Shown piece by piece: positions 1 through 5,746 of a stretch of 8,831 nt of DNA. The notes beneath the pieces are model-generated. The model did no database searches and was not told the origin of the DNA. It was given only the letters and a program-made list of their open reading frames with translations. Position numbers and translations under genes: made by a program. Numbering within the stretch: the stretch's first letter is position 1; every line of letters begins with the position of its first letter. Source of the stretch: Adineta steineri (lineage: Eukaryota); assembly GCA_905250035.1 (NCBI GenBank), contig CAJNOE010000390.1:83016-91846 (forward strand), given 5' to 3'.

Positions 1-191
1 GAATAATGTTAGATTACTTTCTTTTTTCTTTTCTGTTAAAGAGAAGTAATAAAATAAAATCTCATTTTTCTACCAATGATTTTTTTCTCGAATTCAATCA
101 AAAGCGAAGTTTGGCATATACGGTAATGTAGTTTGAAATCGTATGCATGCCATTCTATGCTCGAGAGATGAAGCTCATCTACAAAGACCTA

Positions 192-313
192 CCAATGAAA
201 AATTTGATTGATTTAATCAGAATTACTTTGTAACAAAATCAAAAATAAAATCAATTCAGCTTTTGATTTTGTTACAAAACAATTCTGATTAAATCAATCA
301 AATTTTTTACTGG
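192..313. repeat. 122-bp foldback palindrome (53-nt arms, 16-nt loop)
   Basis: Arms 192-244 and 261-313 were paired base by base: 49 of 53 are complementary (45 of 47 in the core 198-244 / 261-307). The loop is 245-260. It ends 54 nt upstream of the gene-1 ATG. Confidence 0.9.
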
Positions 314-366
314 AGTGCCACATACAATATTTATTGCTTTAACCTTCGTTTTCATCTTTGAGAAAA

Positions 367-1003
367 ATGACAACACTGTTCATGAGCGTTGTATATATAT
401 GTATAAGCTTCTGGTTTTGTTTTGTCCGATCAAGTCATTTCTATGGTGGATCAGTGACATGGAAGCCGATGAATAATACAGATACAGGCTCACAAATCTC
501 AGTGATGTTTACACAATCATACCAATGGCGACGGTCCTTTTCGCCTGATACAAAATGTAATCAATCGTTTATTATCAATCAAACACCGAAAATGCCAAAT
601 GCAACTAGTACGCTCAATTGCACTACTTCATCTAATACCTGTGGTGGCTACACACCAATAAGCATAAATGAATATTGTACTGACTTTAGTATACTCACTG
701 ATTCTAGTTCAGGCCAGATCTCTACAATTGAAAATATTACAGCTGGAGCACAGTTCTGTGTGGCATTTAGTGGCGGATCTTGGATCGGGTTGCAATCAAC
801 AAACTGTGGTTGGGGTGGCAGGAAGAAAAGATACTACAATAGTGGTCGTACTAGTAGTGGATCCACTAGGACTACAGTATCAACAACAACTGTAGCTGGT
901 TGTTACAGTACGACCGCCGATTGGTCCATTGGATGTTGTATTGATCTAACGGTGAGACCAGATGGATTTATTAATACACCACCAGTTGCAACAATTATTT
1001 CAC
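367..1003 (+). CDS. Gene 1 exon 1: signal peptide plus first part of the Cys-patterned, NxS/T-rich ectodomain
   Basis: Same frame as ORF 358-1092, but that start is TTG; the first ATG is 367. The mature end begins SSHFYGGSVTWKP. Strong donor c|gtatgt at 1004. Read-through gives junk (MYIFDQFFTISLILHFF) and then a stop. Confidence 0.7.
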
Positions 1004-3832
1004 GTATGTACATATTTGATCAATTTTTCACAATCTCATTGATCCTTCATTTCTTTATTTGGATTTCTCGTTACGCGAATGACTTCGTTTGATCCGTTAG
1101 TTTTAAGGAAAAAACGAATTTTAGTTAGGATTTTCATTTTTTTCGAAAATACATCGTTATGGGTTAACTTCTTTTCTAGCTATTACTATACCAATAAACA
1201 CTATAACCAATATAACAATTCCAGTCATTGATGCTGACGATGATTACTTAAGGTAATTTGTAATCTTTCTTTGTTTCCAAGACACTTTTAGAGGAGTACC
1301 GTTATTATTTAGCTGTCGCTGGGCTCAAAAAACGGCTGCATTGGATGAATGTGGTGATGTTTGTCAAATGGCACCAGGCAGTACACTTGATAATGATGAT
1401 TGTGTGCTGACGTATAACAGTACGGGCAAAACTGTCGGACAGTATTATGCCGTCACTCTGATGGTGGAAGATTATTATGATTCATCAACACCTACACCAT
1501 TCAGCAGTGTTCCCGTACAATTTTTAATACACATTGTGAGTGCCACTGCTTGTCCTTTACAACCAACGATCAGCTCAAACTTATCAGATTGTTCGCCTAT
1601 TCAGGTCGGAGTTCAATTTACTTTTACATTGACAATCGTACAAGGATGTCCAGGAACAACACTACAAGATGTATATACCATGCCTCCATTGTATATGTAC
1701 AAAGGCAGCATAACACAAGTCGGCTCGACGAACGTATGGACAGTAACTGAAACATGGATACCCGATGAATTGCAACTAGGTTCTCAAGTCTACTGTGCCG
1801 TGGCTACGGATAGGTACTATGCATATTTTATATTCTCTGAGTTTTCATCTCTTTCTAGTGATAATATTCAATCCGATCAATATTGTCTTACATTCATGGT
1901 TGTTCCTGACGGGCAAGTACCTTTATGTAAATTTTTGTTAAAAATCATTTCTTTTCGTTGAAAACTTCATCGAATTTATTTAGGTCCGGGTGATGTTGCG
2001 CCGACCACGTCAACTACGTAAGAACATTTTTATTGAAATTTTCTAGAAGACAGTTTTTTTATAATTTTCTTTTAATAGAACCACTAGCACATCAACGTAT
2101 GTAAATCAATATATTCAGTTTCTCTAGCCATTTTGATCGTTTCTCTTTAGAACTACTACTACTACTACTAGTACTACCAGTACCACGTCGGTTACGACAT
2201 CAACGTTAGTAAATTAAAATTATTCTTTTTTTTTCGTTTCATTATTTTTTCTTATTTAAATTTTAGAACAACAAGCACTGCAACGACTTCGACCAGCACT
2301 AGTTCGACTTCTCCAACATCAACCAGTACTAGTACGACTTCAACCGATACTAGTACGACTTCAACAACATCAAGTAGTACTAGTGCAACTTCGACTAGTA
2401 CTAGTTCGACTTCTACGACATCAAGTAGTACTAGTACAAGTTCGACCAGTACTAGTACGACTTCCACGACATCAACTAGGTGAGAAACTGATCACTTTTT
2501 TTCTTTCATCCACAAGAAGAATTAGGAATAGAAAGTCTTACGATAAAAGAGGACGACGATCGATGAAGGCTTTTAGTTGCAATTAGAGGACATTTTTCCT
2601 ATGTTGGTTCGTTTCAAAAAGTATTTTTTATGAAAATAAATTTGTGAAACAATACTGAACTTTTTTATTTTTCGTAACTGTTTAGTACAACAACATCAAC
2701 AACCAGGTAAGACATTTTCGTCTCTACTAAAAATGCAGCAGTTCAAAAAAAAAATTATTTGTATTTTCCCTCTGTATAGTACAACTACAACCACTACTAC
2801 TACGTACGTCTGCAAGATGTCAATTGCGTATTTTATTTCTATTCAATACGTTTGCATTTCTTAGAACTAGCACTACTACAACCACTGTTACCACTACAAA
2901 ATCACCTTCACATAATATAAATATACCATTGATCGTTGGCCTATCACTATTAGCATTACTGGCTTCGTTACTTTGTTGTTGTTGTCTGTGTTGGTGGTTA
3001 TGGTATTTTTCTGCCTCTCATCAGCCTTAAAATTCGATAACATTAAGGTTTTTTGTTCTTTAGGGGTGGTGGAGCTAGGCGTCGGCGTCAAAATCGAACA
3101 AGCGGGGAAGAACAAGTGAAGCAGAAATTCTCGTTTACAAAAAAATGTCTTAAATTAATGGGCCTAAAACAACGAAAAAATGATATCCCATATGCAGTTA
3201 ACAGTACAAGAAGCAGTCGAATCACGACCACTAGCATTGTCAAAAGTTTGCCTGACTCAGACGTAAATTGCAATAGTTTGAATACGATATATTCAAAGTC
3301 CTTACCAAGAAGTTACGAGAACATTGCATTAGAACCTCAAGCAAAGAGCAGGGTTAGTGGCGTGAGTGTAATTCATGTAAGTCGCGTTGATAAACCGTTA
3401 ACAATCAACGAAAATGAAGCGATAAAATCGCCAATCTCAGATGATAATAATATCTCTGGTATTGACTTATTAGAACCATCAATACATGAAACGCCACGCG
3501 TTAGTATTATAAAGCTACCAAGAGCAAGATCATCAGCACCGACTGGTCGTATAATTAAGGTATCAAAAGCAGAGTCTTCTACAGAGCGACACACCAATGT
3601 CACAACTGAATTATCTAAAAAGTCGAAAGATATTGGCTCAGTCATTGTAAGTAAAGTGAACCGACGCTCATCTGATATTCCATCATCAGGAAAAGGAAGA
3701 ACAAGTACGGCAGTTAGTGTCATTAAATTAAAACTTCCGAGGTCATCATCAAAAGTATCTGCTGACCTTATTGCAGGATTTCGTGGATCGTTTACTCAAG
3801 CAGACAGCAAAGCGGCAAAAACGATGTTTTAA
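367..3832 (+). CDS. Gene model 1 (span): type I transmembrane mucin-like glycoprotein, 12 exons, 849 codons
   Basis: ATG at 367 opens a hydrophobic signal-peptide-like N-terminus (MTTLFMSVVYICISFWFCFVRS). Exons are 367-1003, 1180-1252, 1313-1813, 1859-1926, 1984-2017, 2079-2096, 2151-2204, 2267-2479, 2686-2706, 2780-2803, 2865-3002 and 3064-3832. Every junction is GT..AG with a pyrimidine-rich acceptor, phases join, and the summed length of 2550 nt is divisible by 3. A single TM helix (IPLIVGLSLLALLASLLCCCCLCWWLW) lies in exon 11. Stop TAA is at 3830-3832. Confidence 0.75.
1180..1252 (+). CDS. Gene 1 exon 2 (73 nt)
   Basis: Acceptor cttttctag|c. Joined in phase to exon 1 it encodes PITIPINTITNITIPVIDADDDYL. 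Donor ag|gtaatt at 1253. Confidence 0.65.
1313..1813 (+). CDS. Gene 1 exon 3: second ectodomain block
   Basis: Acceptor ttattatttag|c. The split codon gives S, then CRWAQKTAALDECGDVCQ..., in the frame of ORF 1341-1961 (whose 'M' is TTG). Candidate donor ag|gtacta at 1814. An alternative acceptor at 1291 is also in frame but would leave only a 39-nt intron. Confidence 0.65.
1859..1926 (+). CDS. Gene 1 exon 4 (68 nt)
   Basis: Acceptor ctctttctag|t. Encodes (S)DNIQSDQYCLTFMVVPDGQVPL. Donor t|gtaaat at 1927 was chosen because only this phase reads exon 5 as PGDVAPTTSTT. The upstream 45-nt intron is in frame and stop-free, so exons 3 and 4 could be one exon. Confidence 0.55.
1984..2017 (+). CDS. 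Gene 1 exon 5 (34 nt), start of Thr/Ser stalk
   Basis: Acceptor ttatttag|g. Encodes (C)PGDVAPTTST plus the split codon ac|. Donor gtaaga at 2018. Confidence 0.6.
2079..2096 (+). CDS. Gene 1 exon 6, 18-nt microexon (TTTSTS)
   Basis: Acceptor ttttaatag|a and donor caac|gtatgt. Length is a multiple of 3, with the same split-codon phase in and out. Confidence 0.55.
2151..2204 (+). CDS. Gene 1 exon 7, 54 nt (TTTTTTSTTSTTSVTTS)
   Basis: Acceptor tctctttag|a and donor caac|gttagt. Phase is preserved. Confidence 0.6.
2267..2479 (+). CDS. Gene 1 exon 8, 213 nt, 71 codons of almost pure Ser/Thr
   Basis: Acceptor aaattttag|a and donor ctag|gtgaga at 2480. Contains the 51-bp tandem repeat. The minus-strand ORF 2252-2467 is its antisense artefact. 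Confidence 0.7.
2298..2479 (+). repeat. 51-bp (17-codon) imperfect tandem repeat, about 3.6 units, within gene 1 exon 8
   Basis: The core actagt[at]cgacttc starts at 2298, 2328, 2349, 2400 and 2451, with a variant at 2379. Spacing alternates 30 and 21 nt, so units start at 2298, 2349, 2400 and 2451. Confidence 0.8.
2686..2706 (+). CDS. Gene 1 exon 9, 21-nt microexon (STTTSTT)
   Basis: Acceptor aactgtttag|t and donor ccag|gtaaga. Phase is preserved. Confidence 0.55.
2780..2803 (+). CDS. Gene 1 exon 10, 24-nt microexon (STTTTTTT)
   Basis: Acceptor ctctgtatag|t and donor ctac|gtacgt at 2804. A second GT at 2808 is out of phase. Confidence 0.55.
2865..3002 (+). CDS. Gene 1 exon 11: end of stalk plus the transmembrane helix
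   Basis: Acceptor catttcttag|a, in the frame of ORF 2824-3030. Encodes TTSTTTTTVTTTKSPSHNINIPLIVGLSLLALLASLLCCCCLCWWL. Donor tg|gtattt at 3003. Read-through stops at 3028. Confidence 0.7.
3064..3832 (+). CDS. Gene 1 exon 12: ~256-aa cytoplasmic tail, basic stop-transfer then Ser-rich
   Basis: Acceptor ttgttctttag|g. The split codon tg+g gives W, then GGGARRRRQNRTSGEE..., in the frame of ORF 3053-3832. TAA stop at 3830-3832. Confidence 0.75.
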
Positions 3833-4137
3833 CATTCCACTATATTAATTGTTTGAACAGTGGCATTGTAATCGCTAAAATACTTTTTAAAAGGTTTTTC
3901 ATAATTAATAATTATTTCGCTTATCCAATCAAGCATCAGAAATGTCTAATTAATCAAATATATTCAAATTATTATTTCACCTATATCATTCTTGTCAGCA
4001 CAAGTACTTATCAAAGATAGTTTTTCTGTATTTTTTATTGCTATGAATCATAATAACAGAATGGAGAAATCCCTAAATACAGTAGACACTTTTCTTGTCC
4101 TACTCTCAAGATGATAAAGTGCACTTTATATCATTAG

Positions 4138-4143
4138 AATAAA
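4138..4143 (+). promoter_or_regulatory. Candidate poly(A) signal AATAAA for gene 1
   Basis: First canonical AATAAA I found after the stop at 3832, about 306 nt downstream. AT-rich context makes chance hits likely. Confidence 0.3.
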
Positions 4144-4515
4144 GACCTAATGTATGAATATGAAGAAAAAATAATTAATTTAGAATAAATCAATAGTACT
4201 TTCAATATTTTGAGATGAGTAATTTTATAAACTAATAAGTAAGGTGAACGACGAAAACAATTTGAAACGAAAATTTATTAAATGAGTATAAAAAAATTTT
4301 TAAAGACTCTCTAAAGTAATTTTACTCTTTAATATACTAATGTTATTCGTACTGTTTGCCTCAGAATATTTTTTCTATAAAGTTATTTTTGTATCTTCAT
4401 CGTCATTGATACGGTTGATTAGATAAATGATATTTATCCATTGAAAAAAAGTATACTATTTATATTATTTTTCATATTCATATTACGAAAAAAACACACA
4501 CTTATCCCTCCTAAA

Positions 4516-4944
4516 ATGTCTGTATCGAATGTATTAACAACTGAACAGAATGAAGTTGAACGAGGATGGATTCAAGCATTTTATAATACTCTCAATGTTG
4601 ATTCATTCGATATCGAGCGTTGGTTCGAGAAATATTTTGAAAATGACGCATCTGTGACTTATAATAACGATCCACCATACAAAGGATACAATGATTTATC
4701 TGCACATATACTACAACTACGTCAAAAACTATCGGTAAAATATACTGTCAAACATGTCGATGTTGTCTCAGATCGAATTTATGTTGAAATTGATGCAACA
4801 GTTATTCGAAAAAATGATCCCGAGAAAAAAGAAATTCATCTCTCAGAACTTGCTGTTTTTTACAAGAAGATCAATGAAAACAAAATATCATCACTCAAGA
4901 TTTATGTGGATCCAACGCCTCTTCTTGAAAAAAATAAAACATAA
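4516..4944 (+). CDS. Intronless 142-aa protein with NTF2-like / SnoaL-like (cone-fold) sequence pattern
   Basis: Same frame as ORF 4441-4944, whose start is TTG within AT-rich read-through; the first ATG is 4516 (aaaATGt). The N-terminal helical part (ERGWIQAFYNTLNVDSFDIERWFEKYFENDASV) is followed by alternating strand-like segments (VKHVDVVSDRIYVEIDATV, IHLSELAVFYKK, KISSLKIYVD). This is the usual NTF2-superfamily layout. The assignment is by pattern recall, not a search. Confidence 0.6.
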   Translation: MSVSNVLTTEQNEVERGWIQAFYNTLNVDSFDIERWFEKYFENDASVTYNNDPPYKGYNDLSAHILQLRQKLSVKYTVKHVDVVSDRIYVEIDATVIRKNDPEKKEIHLSELAVFYKKINENKISSLKIYVDPTPLLEKNKT

Positions 4945-5018
4945 TATACTCGTATAATTACATTGTTAAAAAACATACATTATAATATTTAAGCATGCAT
5001 ATTTTTTCTTCTGTGAAT

Positions 5019-5024
5019 AATAAA
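5019..5024 (+). promoter_or_regulatory. Candidate poly(A) signal AATAAA for the NTF2-like gene
   Basis: AATAAA lies about 75 nt after the stop at 4944. Confidence 0.4.
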
Positions 5025-5697
5025 TATACATTTATAGAAACGATATTTGCTTTTTTTTTGTCATAATCAATATGTGTTCAGAAATGAATCGAAAAATCAT
5101 TAGATTCATTTTCTATTTATTAATTAACGTAAGTGCGTATTTCTATTCAACAGGATGGGAAGAAAAAAACACGTGCATGTACTCTTTAATACGTTGCATA
5201 AATGAATAGAGAAAATAATTGTTTGACTGACGATGTGTAATTACATATGAACAAATACTCTTTATTAAAAGATAGATAGTATATCATTTTATTCTTTTTT
5301 AGCTCAACGAAATTGTTAATGATAGTTGCCGTCAGACACTTACTAGATTAATTATGTCTTTTGAATAAATGTAATCTGTATGCAATAATAATATTAATAA
5401 AATATTCAATGGATCTGGGTCAGAGTACTGTATTAACCTTACTCTAACACACCCTTGAGAATGAGCAAATACTAATGTAGTAACTACAGCGGAGTCATGT
5501 TATTTAACTTTCTTTAAACCTTTAAAAGTGTGCGATTTTATTCAATTTGTAGAGAAGATTTAGATTAATATAGAAAAAAGAGTTGAAAGTAATAATAATA
5601 TAAGCAATTAGTTATGTCTGCGAGAATGACCATCTTATCTTGATTATGGAATTGGATTCTCATCAATCATATTTGATGGATTGACGTTAAATAACGC

Positions 5698-5703
5698 TTT
5701 ATT
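5698..5703 (-). promoter_or_regulatory. Candidate poly(A) signal AATAAA for the TRPM-like gene
   Basis: The minus strand reads taa tct aataaa, so the signal starts 3 nt after the modelled stop at 5707-5709. Confidence 0.4.
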
Positions 5704-5706
5704 AGA

Positions 5707-5746
5707 TTAAATTTGTCGAGAAACCCGCATGTTGACAGTAATAGGC
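5707..5746 (-). CDS. TRPM-like candidate terminal exon (40 nt)
   Basis: Acceptor ctatttttag|g. Encodes (G)PITVNMRVSRQI then TAA (5709-5707), with AATAAA 3 nt downstream. The alternative is no splice, ending ...GYVICLSFSTLISFT with a stop at 5774-5776. Confidence 0.45.

Noticed and set aside
70-198. 10-bp direct repeat ctaccaatga at 70-79 and 189-198 as a target-site duplication or CCAAT-box pair.
   Set aside because: Both copies lie on the same (left) side of the palindrome, so they cannot be its flanking duplication. A single 10-mer recurrence in AT-rich DNA is weak evidence, and the CCAAT content is not interpretable without a mapped start site.
2252-2467. Minus-strand ORF encoding a V/L/E-rich repeat protein (MEVVLVLVELVLV...).
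   Set aside because: It is the exact antisense of the Ser/Thr tandem-repeat exon. ACT, AGT and TCG codons read as stop-free V/L/E codons on the opposite strand, and it has no splice or start context.
2298-2479. Regularly spaced short repeats as a possible CRISPR-like array.
   Set aside because: The repeats are contiguous with no unique spacers, have a period of 51 nt, and lie in frame inside a coding exon encoding Ser/Thr.
2894-3723. Minus-strand ORFs 2894-3115, 3088-3273 and 3373-3723.
   Set aside because: They are antisense to the TM exon and cytoplasmic-tail exon of gene 1. They are shorter than and nested within the sense reading frame.
4441-4515. N-terminal extension (KKSILFILFFIFILRKK...) of the NTF2-like ORF as a signal peptide or TM segment.
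   Set aside because: It begins with TTG rather than ATG and is AT-rich poly-Phe/Ile/Lys read-through. The first ATG at 4516 gives a complete domain-sized protein.
668-4957. Overlapping same-strand alternative-frame ORFs (668-895, 1550-1750, 2383-2586, 4754-4957).
   Set aside because: Each is nested out of frame within, or runs off the end of, a better-supported exon or intron. None has independent support.
4945-5706. The ~760-bp spacer between the convergent genes, searched for small exons, RNA genes or repeats.
   Set aside because: It has no ORF of note and no tRNA-like T-arm or anticodon-stem pattern, only short AT-rich self-complementarity. It is most simply the 3' UTRs and intergenic DNA of the two convergent genes.
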